NCBI GenBank assembly: GCA_004297985.1
Contig: SCRA01000044.1
Location: 78,262-142,261, forward strand
Length of the DNA: 64,000 nucleotides
Reading direction: 5' to 3'
Source of the DNA: a bacterium
Lineage (GTDB): Bacteria > Vulcanimicrobiota > Vulcanimicrobiia > Vulcanimicrobiales > SCRA01
The notes beneath the pieces were generated by a model, which saw nothing but the letters and a program-made list of their open reading frames with translations, had not been told where the DNA came from and ran no database searches. Positions within the stretch are counted from its first letter, which is position 1. The number at the start of each line of letters is the position of its first letter. Below are positions 26,044-33,957 of this stretch, piece by piece. Position numbers and translations under genes: made by a program.

Positions 26044-27243
26044 TCACCTCGCTTGGCCGTTCTCCTCCGCAACGCTCAACAGCGCTTCGCGCCGTCGTGC
26101 CGCCAAGGCCGCCACGACATTCGCCGCATCGCGCGCCGCATCCGGGCGCCGCAGACGCGCCATTCGTTGCCGCATGGCCGCAAGACGGTTCGGATCGCCG
26201 AGCAAACCGCGCACCACCTCCGGCAACGACGCCATGCTGCCGACCCGGACGGCGGCCTTGCGCTCGAGTAAGTATCGCGTGTTGCGTTCCTCCTGGCCCG
26301 GCAGCGGTTTCACCAGCACCATCGGAAGTTCTGCGCAGAGCGACTCCGAACTGGTCAAGCCGCCTGGCTTGGAGAGCAAGAGATCGGCCGCGTGCATATA
26401 GTCGTACACGTTGTCCACAAAGCCAACGACGCGGAGCGGATACTCGAGCGTTTGAGCGAGATCGAAGAGGCGTCGCTCCAGCCGCGCGTTCTTCCCCACG
26501 ATCACCACGGCGGTCAACGGCGTCTCGATGCTCTCTAGCGCCCGCATCATCTTGTCGACGGGCCCGATGCCCAAGCCGCCGCCCATGATGAGGACGAGCG
26601 AGCGATCGGCCGGCAACCCGAGGACCCGCCGCAGCGCCGTCTTCTCCTCCAACTTGCCGAAACTCGGATTCACCGGTATCCCCGAGACATACACGCGCTC
26701 GGGGCCTACTCCCCGCCCGACCAACGCCGTGCGCATCTCCGGCGTTGCGACGCAATAGGCGTCGATGTTGCGATAGATCCAGAACGGGTGGAGGGCGAAG
26801 TCCGTCACGATGCCCATGACGGGAACATCGTCGCCGAACTGGCGCTTGTACTCCGACATCACGCCGCATGGGAAGGCGTGGGTGCAGATCACCACGTCGG
26901 CGCGCGAGCGTTCGACCATGGCGCGCAGTTTCGTCGCCGTGAATTGGTTGATCCAAGTCTTGAAGCTGCCAACCTTGGTAGCTCGTTCGGCCTGATCGTA
27001 CATGTAGCGGTACAGCTGCGGAATTGTTTTGACCATGCCGATATAGCCGTTCGAGACGAGCTTCGAGAAGATCGAGGCCGCGTACTTGTACGAGTCGACG
27101 ATCTCGCACTCGAACTCTCCGGGATAGCCTTCGCTCAGCGCGGTCCGTACCGCACTGGCGGCAGCGGTATGGCCGACGCCGACGCTGGCTGAGAGAAAGA
27201 GGATACGCGATGGCACAGCCGTGCAGCGCGCCCTAGTCGCCAT
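26044..27243 (-). CDS. Diacylglycerol glycosyltransferase (MGDG synthase / UgtP-like, GT28 family)
   Basis: ILFLSASVGVGHTAAASAV, N-terminal MGDG-synthase-like region (YKYAASIFSKLVSNGYIGMVKTIPQLYRYMYD), ICTHAFPCGV, LVLIMGGGLGIGP, SKPGGLTSSESLCAELPMV. ATG 27243 overlaps the upstream gene by 11 nt; GTG 27216 is an alternative. Confidence 0.8.
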   Translation of the reverse strand: MATRARCTAVPSRILFLSASVGVGHTAAASAVRTALSEGYPGEFECEIVDSYKYAASIFSKLVSNGYIGMVKTIPQLYRYMYDQAERATKVGSFKTWINQFTATKLRAMVERSRADVVICTHAFPCGVMSEYKRQFGDDVPVMGIVTDFALHPFWIYRNIDAYCVATPEMRTALVGRGVGPERVYVSGIPVNPSFGKLEEKTALRRVLGLPADRSLVLIMGGGLGIGPVDKMMRALESIETPLTAVVIVGKNARLERRLFDLAQTLEYPLRVVGFVDNVYDYMHAADLLLSKPGGLTSSESLCAELPMVLVKPLPGQEERNTRYLLERKAAVRVGSMASLPEVVRGLLGDPNRLAAMRQRMARLRRPDAARDAANVVAALAARRREALLSVAEENGQAR

Positions 27244-27586
27244 CCTCCGACGACTCCTCGGCGAGGGTCAGGAAGTGATCGAGTACCTCCTGCGCCAGCG
27301 CTTCGTCCTCGAGGATCTTGCCGATCTCATCCGTGACGATGAACTCGTCGCTGGCCTTGTTGTAGCAGATGGCATACGACTCGTGGCTCTCGTCATCCTC
27401 GAGAAGGCCAACGACCTCGTACTCGAGATGGCGGTCGTCTTCGGTTTCGACGAGTAGGACGTCCTCGAGCTCGAGCTTCCCCGACGGGGGCTGTCCGTTG
27501 TCAGAAATCGCTCTATCCTCCCCTTCGGGTGGCCGCCGCTCCGTCGAGTTGACGAGTCGGGTCGAAGACTGTTCCGGAGGCGGCAT
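27233..27586 (-). CDS. DUF1292 (UPF0473/YrzB-like) acidic protein
   Basis: The acidic pattern LLVETEDDRHLEYEVVGLLEDDESHESYAICYNKASDEFIVTDEIGKILEDEALAQEVLDHF is typical of the small protein found next to ruvX/mltG in Firmicutes. Confidence 0.7.
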   Translation of the reverse strand: MPPPEQSSTRLVNSTERRPPEGEDRAISDNGQPPSGKLELEDVLLVETEDDRHLEYEVVGLLEDDESHESYAICYNKASDEFIVTDEIGKILEDEALAQEVLDHFLTLAEESSEDGD

Positions 27587-27594
27587 CTCCCCTC

Positions 27595-28593
27595 CTACTT
27601 CAAGTAACGCGCGATATTAGCTTGCTGTTCGGCGAGCGTCCGCGCGAACGCGTGGTGGCCTTGGCCGCGATAGACATAGTAGAGATAGGGAGAGACCTGA
27701 GGCTCGAACGCCGCGTGCAGACTGGCGGCACCGGGGTTCGCGATAGGCGTCGGAGGCAGGCCGGTGTGACGGTACGTATTATACGGCGAGTCGACGGAGA
27801 GATCGCGGTATGTCACGACCGCGTGGTGCGCGGGGAGTGCATACTCGATCGTCGCATCGACCTCGAGCGGCATATCCAACTGCAGACGGTGGTAGTAGAC
27901 TCCCGCCATGAGCGCCCGCTCACCGTCCACCTTCGCTTCGCGCTCGATCAGCGAGGCCACCGTCACCACCTGCGGGATCGTCATCCCTAGCGCGTGCGCG
28001 CGCTCCAAGGCATCGGGCGGCAGTCTCCCAACGAACTCCGTGACCATTCGCGCGGCATTCTCGCGCGGGCTGGCATGATGCTCGAAATCGTAGGTATCCG
28101 GGAACAAGAAGCCCTCCATGTTCACGGTGCGTTGCCCGTCGATCGTTAGCGGCGTGCGTAGGAAGATCCGCTCGTAGGTGCGCTCGTCTCCTAAGCCGGC
28201 CGCCGCAAGCCGCTGGGCGATCTGCCGAGCGGTGAATCCCTCGGGTATCGTAACGCGCGCATATGGCGCGATGCCGCCGATCAACAGGCGACGTAGAATC
28301 GCGTCGGCCGACTGACGAGGGGCAAACGCGTATTCGCCGGCATGCAGTTTGGACGAGGCACCGCGCAGACGAACCAGCAGACGCAGCGCGGCGGGATACT
28401 TCAGGACGCCCTCACGGTGGAGCTGCTCGGCGATGGCGCCTACGCCGCTTCCCTCGGCGATAACTACGGTCGTCGCGCGTTGCGGCCACGGTGCGGAGTA
28501 GATCGTCACGGCGATCCATGCCACGAGCCCGGCTACCATCACACCGACTGCACCCGCACCCAGCGCGAGTGCCCTGCGGGGCGGGAGCATCAC
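27595..28593 (-). CDS. mltG: Endolytic murein transglycosylase MltG (YceG-like)
   Basis: N-terminal TM anchor, then LHAGEYAF, TIPEGFTARQIA, FLFPDTYDF, IEREAKVDGERALMAGVYYHRL, LEVDATIEYAL, SPYNTYRHTGLPPTPIANPG. GTG start overlaps the ruvX stop (GTGA). Confidence 0.9.
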   Translation of the reverse strand: MMLPPRRALALGAGAVGVMVAGLVAWIAVTIYSAPWPQRATTVVIAEGSGVGAIAEQLHREGVLKYPAALRLLVRLRGASSKLHAGEYAFAPRQSADAILRRLLIGGIAPYARVTIPEGFTARQIAQRLAAAGLGDERTYERIFLRTPLTIDGQRTVNMEGFLFPDTYDFEHHASPRENAARMVTEFVGRLPPDALERAHALGMTIPQVVTVASLIEREAKVDGERALMAGVYYHRLQLDMPLEVDATIEYALPAHHAVVTYRDLSVDSPYNTYRHTGLPPTPIANPGAASLHAAFEPQVSPYLYYVYRGQGHHAFARTLAEQQANIARYLK

Positions 28594-29009
28594 GGCCTCT
28601 TGCGACGAGCGAGATACGTGTCCAGGATGAGCGCCGCCGCCATTCCGTCGATGACTTGCTTACGCCGCTTGCGCGAGAGGTCGGCGGCGATCAGCACTTT
28701 GGATGCCTGGGCAGTCGTCATGCGCTCGTCGACGAAGTGGATCTCTCCTTCCGGGAGCGCCGCGCGCAGCAGCTCCGCAAACGCCTCCGTCTTCTGCGCG
28801 GCGGGGCCGCGCTCGCCTTGCAGCGTCAGCGGAAGTCCCATCACGAGCTCCCGGATGCCGCGATCGCGAGCGGTCTGCGCGATGCGCCGCGCGTCTTCCA
28901 CACGGTTCGTGCGCTCCAGCGGCGGCAGCGGCAGGGCCATCGTCTCGAACGGATCGCTGACGGCCAGACCGATCCTGCGCTCGCCGAAGTCGATCGACAA
29001 GATGGACAC
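28590..29009 (-). CDS. ruvX: Putative pre-16S rRNA nuclease / Holliday junction resolvase-like YqgF
   Basis: ILSIDFGERRIGLAVSD..., LVMGLPLTLQGERGPAAQKTEAFAELL, VDERMTTAQA are YqgF family motifs. Confidence 0.9.
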   Translation of the reverse strand: MSILSIDFGERRIGLAVSDPFETMALPLPPLERTNRVEDARRIAQTARDRGIRELVMGLPLTLQGERGPAAQKTEAFAELLRAALPEGEIHFVDERMTTAQASKVLIAADLSRKRRKQVIDGMAAALILDTYLARRKRP

Positions 29010-29012
29010 GAC

Positions 29013-29750
29013 CTACCTCGGAGCCAGGGCGTCGAGTGCGGCCATCGAGCGTGCCGCCTTCCCGAGATGGTGAGTGATGAGCGCTTCCACGGCGCGCGCC
29101 ACCTTCGCGCCGGCCGCGAGCGAGGCCCCCTGTCCTTTCGGCGCCCCCAAGCGCTGCAGCGCAGCCAGCTCCGCGGCATCCAATACGAGGTTCCCATCTG
29201 GGCGCAGGCACGCGGTACAGGCCAAACCACCGACTCCGAGATCGACGACCGCCTGCCCCTCCAGCTCGCGCTGGCAGTGCATGCAGATGTCTAACGGAAT
29301 CCCCAAACCGAGCTCGTCGAGCAGGCGCAGCTCGAAGCGGGGAATCACGCGTCGCGGATCACCTTGCGCGGCGATGGCGGCCGTTACACCGCGCAGAAGC
29401 CGGTAGACGGCAGGCACCGGAAGCTCCGGCTCGCAGAACCCGTCTACCAGCTCCGCCGCCACGCTCGCCGTTGCAAAGGCCTCCGGCGTTACAAGCCGCT
29501 CCCAATGACGCGTCACGTGTTCGGCGCCGGTGATCACGTCGAGCGAGCGACCCCGGTGGAACGACGCCTCGACTTCGGAGAGCAGCTCCAGACGCCCAGA
29601 GAGGCGAGACGATCCCCGACGCGCGCCCTTGGCAACTGCGTCCATCTTGCCACGCTCCAGCGTCAACAAGGTGAGGATACGATCGGCCTCGCCGAGGTTG
29701 TGTCCGCGTAGGACGATCGCATGCGCGCGGTAGGCGCGCGGCTGGCTCAC
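29013..29750 (-). CDS. recO: DNA repair protein RecO
   Basis: AIVLRGHNLGEADRILTLLTLERGKMDAVAKGARR (OB-fold N-terminus) and a C-terminal zinc-finger-like CMHCQ...CTAC. GTG start overlaps the cdd stop (GTGA). Confidence 0.85.
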   Translation of the reverse strand: MSQPRAYRAHAIVLRGHNLGEADRILTLLTLERGKMDAVAKGARRGSSRLSGRLELLSEVEASFHRGRSLDVITGAEHVTRHWERLVTPEAFATASVAAELVDGFCEPELPVPAVYRLLRGVTAAIAAQGDPRRVIPRFELRLLDELGLGIPLDICMHCQRELEGQAVVDLGVGGLACTACLRPDGNLVLDAAELAALQRLGAPKGQGASLAAGAKVARAVEALITHHLGKAARSMAALDALAPR

Positions 29751-30145
29751 GGCCGCCCGAGATCCCGTGGGCCGAAGTGATCCGGCAGCAGCGCCGCGGC
29801 GCGGCTTTCGTGCACGGATTCATCGAGACCGCTGGCATAGACCACGGGATCGCCGAACTCGATCAGCACTTGACGACAGATCCCGCACGGCATCGTCGGC
29901 CCGGGCGACGACCCGGCAATCGCCACGGCACGCAGCCCGTGTGCTCCGTCCGCGACAGCCGCCGCGATGGCGGCCCGCTCCGCGCACAACCCCGCTGCGA
30001 ATGAGGCGTTCTCGACGTTGCAGCCCACGTAGACGCGCCCACGCTCGTCCTCCACGGCCGCGCCAACCGGGAACGACGAATACGGCGCGTACGCCCGCGC
30101 GCGAACGGCGCGTGCCGCCTCCAAGAGGTCCCGCGCCGCGTTCAC
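29747..30145 (-). CDS. cdd: Cytidine deaminase (tetrameric type)
   Basis: AYAPYSSFPVGAAV, GCNVENASFAAGLCAERAAI (CAE zinc site), PCGICRQVLIEF (PCxxC). Start set to GTG 30145, which overlaps the upstream stop (GTGA), instead of the ORF-track ATG 30172. Confidence 0.85.
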   Translation of the reverse strand: MNAARDLLEAARAVRARAYAPYSSFPVGAAVEDERGRVYVGCNVENASFAAGLCAERAAIAAAVADGAHGLRAVAIAGSSPGPTMPCGICRQVLIEFGDPVVYASGLDESVHESRAAALLPDHFGPRDLGRP

Positions 30146-31434
30146 TCCTCGCCCTCGCCTTCGGTTTTCCACCCGTTGTGCAGCACGCGTACCGCAAGGA
30201 TGCGCCGTCCACGCGTGCGCTCGACCTTCAACCGCACGTTCTCGTCGGCGACCACCTCTTCGCCCACCGCTGGGAGTCGCCCGAAGAGTCCAACAGTCAG
30301 GCCGCCAATCGTCTCGAATTCATCGGTCGGAAGCTCGGTATCGAGTTGTGCGTTGACGTCCTCGACGTTGGTCGACGCCTCCACCACCGCCTCGTGCTCG
30401 CTGATGCGGCGGATCGGTTCCTCCTCGATCTCGTCGTGTTCGTCACGTATCTCGCCGACGATCTCCTCGAGCAGATCCTCCAGCGTCACCAAGCCAGCCG
30501 TTCCGCCATACTCGTCGACGACGACGGCCAGCGAGTACTTGCCCCGCTGCATCTCGCGCAGCATCTCACTCACGCGCTTGTTCTCCGGTACGAACTCGAC
30601 TGCGCGCATCAGCGACGTCAAGGATACGTGCGCGAGCGTGCCGTTAGCCAGCGCGATCAACAATTCGCGCTCGTGCACCACTCCCGCCACGTTGTCGATC
30701 GTTCCCTCGTAGACGGGGATCTTCGAGTACCCTTCCTTGATGACCAGCTCCAAGGCTCGCGTGGCTAGCATCGATCTCTCGACGGCTACGATGTCGGGGC
30801 GCGGCGTCATCACCTCGCGCACGATGGTATCACCGAACTCGATGATCGAATGGATCATCTCGCGCTCCTGCTCCTCGAGGACATTCTGCTCGGCGCCGAC
30901 GTTGACCAGCATTCGAATGTCCTCCTCGGTGACGAAGGGACCGTGGGGGCTGGGCCTCCCGCCGAAGATACGCAAGATGCCGTTGGTGAGCCAGAGGAAG
31001 CTCGCATTGAGCGGCGAGATAACGAAGGCCACGCGCTCCAGCCACGGAGCGAGACGCCGCGCCCACTTCTCCGAATCGCCGATGGTGATCGTCTTTGGGA
31101 TGATCTCACCGAACGTCAACAGCAGGACCGTCATCAGTATTGTGGACCAGACCGCCGCATGCGGTACCTGCGCCTGGATGAACAGGAAGGTCGCTAGCGA
31201 GTCGGCAGCCAGCAGAACGATCGTATTGCCGATCAGGACCGTCGTCAGGAAGCGATTGCGATCCTCGATCAGCCTCAGGACGGAGCTGGCGCCGTGCAGC
31301 CTGCTCTCTAGCATCGAGCGCGCTTTGACGCGAGAGATGCTGATGAGCGCCGCTTCGGTTCCCGCGAAGAACATCGCCAAGAGGATCAGGGCGACGAGGC
31401 CGGCGAGCTCCGCATCGATCGAGACGCTGCTCAC
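30142..31434 (-). CDS. CNNM/DUF21-CBS-CorC_HlyC family protein (hemolysin-like TlyC / Mg-Co efflux type)
   Basis: N-terminal DUF21 membrane domain (FFAGTEAALISISRVKA...LIGNTIV), a CBS pair (VREVMTPRPDIV...), and a C-terminal CorC_HlyC transporter-associated domain. GTG start with GGGAG upstream. Confidence 0.85.
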   Translation of the reverse strand: MSSVSIDAELAGLVALILLAMFFAGTEAALISISRVKARSMLESRLHGASSVLRLIEDRNRFLTTVLIGNTIVLLAADSLATFLFIQAQVPHAAVWSTILMTVLLLTFGEIIPKTITIGDSEKWARRLAPWLERVAFVISPLNASFLWLTNGILRIFGGRPSPHGPFVTEEDIRMLVNVGAEQNVLEEQEREMIHSIIEFGDTIVREVMTPRPDIVAVERSMLATRALELVIKEGYSKIPVYEGTIDNVAGVVHERELLIALANGTLAHVSLTSLMRAVEFVPENKRVSEMLREMQRGKYSLAVVVDEYGGTAGLVTLEDLLEEIVGEIRDEHDEIEEEPIRRISEHEAVVEASTNVEDVNAQLDTELPTDEFETIGGLTVGLFGRLPAVGEEVVADENVRLKVERTRGRRILAVRVLHNGWKTEGEGEE

Positions 31435-31499
31435 CGGGTTCTCCCTGCGCGTCGGGGGGCCGAAGCCCCCCGTCTACTGCCACTCTTCAAGTCGCCTAT

Positions 31500-31508
31500 A
31501 CTATAGCA
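31500..31508 (-). promoter_or_regulatory. Possible extended -10 promoter element upstream of the CNNM-family gene
   Basis: The minus strand reads TGCTATAGT (TGn + TATAGT) in an AT-rich patch of the 125-nt dgkA-CNNM spacer. It is followed by a GGGGGGC-UUCG-GCCCCCC hairpin and the SD. Pattern only. Confidence 0.25.
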
Positions 31509-31559
31509 CACACCAGTTCGACGCTCCTGTACCCACGCCGCCGGCCCTCCATCGCGTTT

Positions 31560-32324
31560 CTACGGCAGAATGTGGCCGACACGCAGCACGAGGAAGATCG
31601 TCATAGCGATCACCGCCCCCACGGCCGTACCGTAGACGACCTCCATAATCGTGTGTATGCCTCCCTCTACCCGGCTCTGCGCCACCAACAGGGCCAACAC
31701 GAAACCCAGCGTCCCCACGAGCGGGCTCGAGCTCAGCACGAAGATAAAGCACGCCGCCACGAAAGCCAGCGCCGCATGGCCGCTTACGGCTCCGCCGCGC
31801 AGCGGGGAGCCCCGGCCGACGTACGCCTTGAGCAGAATCGTGGCAGCGATGGTCGCCAACATCGCGACGAAGACCACGCTCAGCGAGACGGAGCGCAACT
31901 GCTCGTAAACCTGTGCCCCGCCGTGAGAGATCGCCTCGTAGAAGATCAGATACCCGACGACCACCGCAGTGACGGAGGTCGTGAGCACGGCGCCCGCGGC
32001 GGCGTCCTTGGCCACCTTGGCGAGCGGATGGTGCGAGAGGGTGAGCAGATCGACGATCGCTTCGATCGCCGTATTCATCAGCTCGAGCGAGAGTACCAAT
32101 CCGACCAGCAGCACGATGACGACGACGTAGACGCGCTGAAGGTGGAGAAAGAGCGTAGCCACGAGCACGAAGAACGCGGCGAAGAGATGGAGACGCATGT
32201 TCGGCTGCGACCGCGCCGCATAGATGATGCCGTTGAAAGCGTAGTTGACCGAGGCGATCAGGCGGCTAGAGCCGGCCCGTCGGCGGTGAGGCGTCCGCTC
32301 GCGCTCCCGTTCCGGAACGCTCAC
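31560..32324 (-). CDS. dgkA: Fusion protein: DgkA-type lipid kinase (diacylglycerol/undecaprenol kinase) + PAP2 lipid phosphatase
   Basis: The N-terminal half, RLIASVNYAFNGIIYAARSQPNMRLHL...LELMNTAIEAIVDL...AKDAAAGAVL, is the DgkA pattern. The C-terminal half has PAP2 motifs KAYVGRGSP, VSGH and SRVEGGIHTIMEV. Start set to GTG 32324, overlapping the ybeY stop (GTGA). Confidence 0.8.
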   Translation of the reverse strand: MSVPERERERTPHRRRAGSSRLIASVNYAFNGIIYAARSQPNMRLHLFAAFFVLVATLFLHLQRVYVVVIVLLVGLVLSLELMNTAIEAIVDLLTLSHHPLAKVAKDAAAGAVLTTSVTAVVVGYLIFYEAISHGGAQVYEQLRSVSLSVVFVAMLATIAATILLKAYVGRGSPLRGGAVSGHAALAFVAACFIFVLSSSPLVGTLGFVLALLVAQSRVEGGIHTIMEVVYGTAVGAVIAMTIFLVLRVGHILP

Positions 32325-32791
32325 GGCTGGCCGTCTTCGCCGGGCTCGTAGGCCCATGGCATGCCGATGGCTGCGGCAAGCCGCCGCTCCTCGGTCACCA
32401 TGCGCGACCGCTCCTGAGATTCCATGTGATCGTGCCCCAGCAGGTGCAGAAGGCTGTGGATCAACAGCCGCTCCACCTCGCGCGCGATGGGGGCATCGTA
32501 GTCGGCGGCCTGGCGCGCTGCCGCGTCCACGCTGATCACCACGTCGCCCAGCATCCGCTCACCGCCCCGCGGCCCCGGCTCACCTTCGAGCAGCGAGAAA
32601 GAGAGCACGTCCGTCGTACGGTCCTTCGCGCGATGCTCGCGATTGAGCGCGCGCATCTCGGGGTCGCGCACGAAGGTGATGGCGACGCTCGAGCGCCGCT
32701 CGCCCAACGCTGCCAGCAGGCAGCGTGCCGTCCGGCGGACATGCGCGGCGTCGACGCCGCTGCCACGTGTGTGATTCGAAAGATAGATCAA
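32321..32791 (-). CDS. ybeY: rRNA maturation endoribonuclease YbeY
   Basis: VAITFVRDPEMRALNREHRAKDRTTDVLSF and HSLLHLLGHDH (HxxxHxxGxxH zinc site). Start set to TTG 32791, overlapping the upstream stop (TTGA). The ORF-track N-extension overlaps the upstream gene. Confidence 0.85.
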   Translation of the reverse strand: MIYLSNHTRGSGVDAAHVRRTARCLLAALGERRSSVAITFVRDPEMRALNREHRAKDRTTDVLSFSLLEGEPGPRGGERMLGDVVISVDAAARQAADYDAPIAREVERLLIHSLLHLLGHDHMESQERSRMVTEERRLAAAIGMPWAYEPGEDGQP

Positions 32792-33954
32792 TAGAGGGGA
32801 AACTCCGGGTCGATCTCGCGTTGCCAACGCGTGAGGCCGCCGTCGAGGAAGCGCACGTTGCGGAAGCCGTGATCCAGCATGAGCTGCACTGCGGCCGCAC
32901 CGCGCGCCGCGACGCGGCACACCACCACCAGCACCTCCGCGGTGTCCAGCTCGTGCAGCCGGCCCGCGAGCTCCGAGAACGGCACGTGTCGCGCCCCGGG
33001 AAAGAGGCCTGCCTGCACCTCCTGGCGTTCGCGCACGTCCAGCACGCGAACGGGACGCGCGCCGCTCCCCGCGCCCAACATTCGCGCTAACTCACGCGCG
33101 CCGATGCCGTAGTCTTCCAGAAAGCCGGGATCGCGATCTGGGCGCGCCTCGATCCCGCAGAAACGCTCGTAGTCGCCCAGCTCGTGGATAGCCGGCGTAT
33201 CGCCGCACGCCGAACACTGCGGATCGCGTTCGATGCGCAGCTCGCGCACGCGTGTCTCCAGCGCGTCCACGAGCAGCAGTCGCCCGACCAGCGGCCTGCC
33301 CACACCCAGCAACAGCAGTAACGCCTGCTGCGCCTGCAGCACCCCCACCAGACCCGGCAGCACGCCCAAGACGCCGCCCTCGGCGCACGAAGGTACCGTA
33401 CCCGGCGGCGGCGGCACGGGGTAGATGCAACGGTAGCAGGGCCCACGCTCGCCGGAGGCGGCGCGGTGGCCGAAGACGCTCACCTGGCCGTCGAACCGAA
33501 AAATTGAGCCGTAGACGTAGGCTTTCTCGCTCAATATGCAGGCATCGTTGGCTAAGTAACGCGTGGGAAAGTTGTCCGTTCCGTCGACCACCAGATCGTA
33601 GCGGCCCACCAGCTCCAACGCATTGGAGCGATCGAAGACGCCTTCGATCGCCTCCACCTCCACCTCCGGGTTGAGGTCTCGAAGGCGCTTGGCCGCTGCG
33701 CGCGCTTTGGGAATGCCCAGTGAGGACTCGCCAAAGAGCACCTGTCGCTGCAAATTGGAGCGTTCTACCACGTCGTCGTCTATGAGACCCAGGCGCCCCA
33801 CGCCAGCCGCCGCCAAGTAGAGCGCGACCGGCGAGCCGAGCCCGCCGGCACCCAAGCAGAGCACACTCGCCGCCGCCAGCCGGCGCTGCCCCGCCAGGCC
33901 CACCTCCGGCATCAGCAAGTGGCGGCTATAGCGCTCTAGACTTCCCGCGCGCAC
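32788..33954 (-). CDS. MoeB/ThiF-family adenylyltransferase with C-terminal rhodanese domain (MoeZ/MoeBR type)
   Basis: RYSRHLLMPEVGLAGQRRL, LGAGGLGSPVALYLAAAGVG, DDDVVERSNLQRQ, CYRC...CSAC zinc motifs. C-terminal rhodanese with active-site loop VVVCRVAARG. Confidence 0.85.
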   Translation of the reverse strand: MRAGSLERYSRHLLMPEVGLAGQRRLAAASVLCLGAGGLGSPVALYLAAAGVGRLGLIDDDVVERSNLQRQVLFGESSLGIPKARAAAKRLRDLNPEVEVEAIEGVFDRSNALELVGRYDLVVDGTDNFPTRYLANDACILSEKAYVYGSIFRFDGQVSVFGHRAASGERGPCYRCIYPVPPPPGTVPSCAEGGVLGVLPGLVGVLQAQQALLLLLGVGRPLVGRLLLVDALETRVRELRIERDPQCSACGDTPAIHELGDYERFCGIEARPDRDPGFLEDYGIGARELARMLGAGSGARPVRVLDVRERQEVQAGLFPGARHVPFSELAGRLHELDTAEVLVVVCRVAARGAAAVQLMLDHGFRNVRFLDGGLTRWQREIDPEFPLY

Positions 33955-33957
33955 GGC

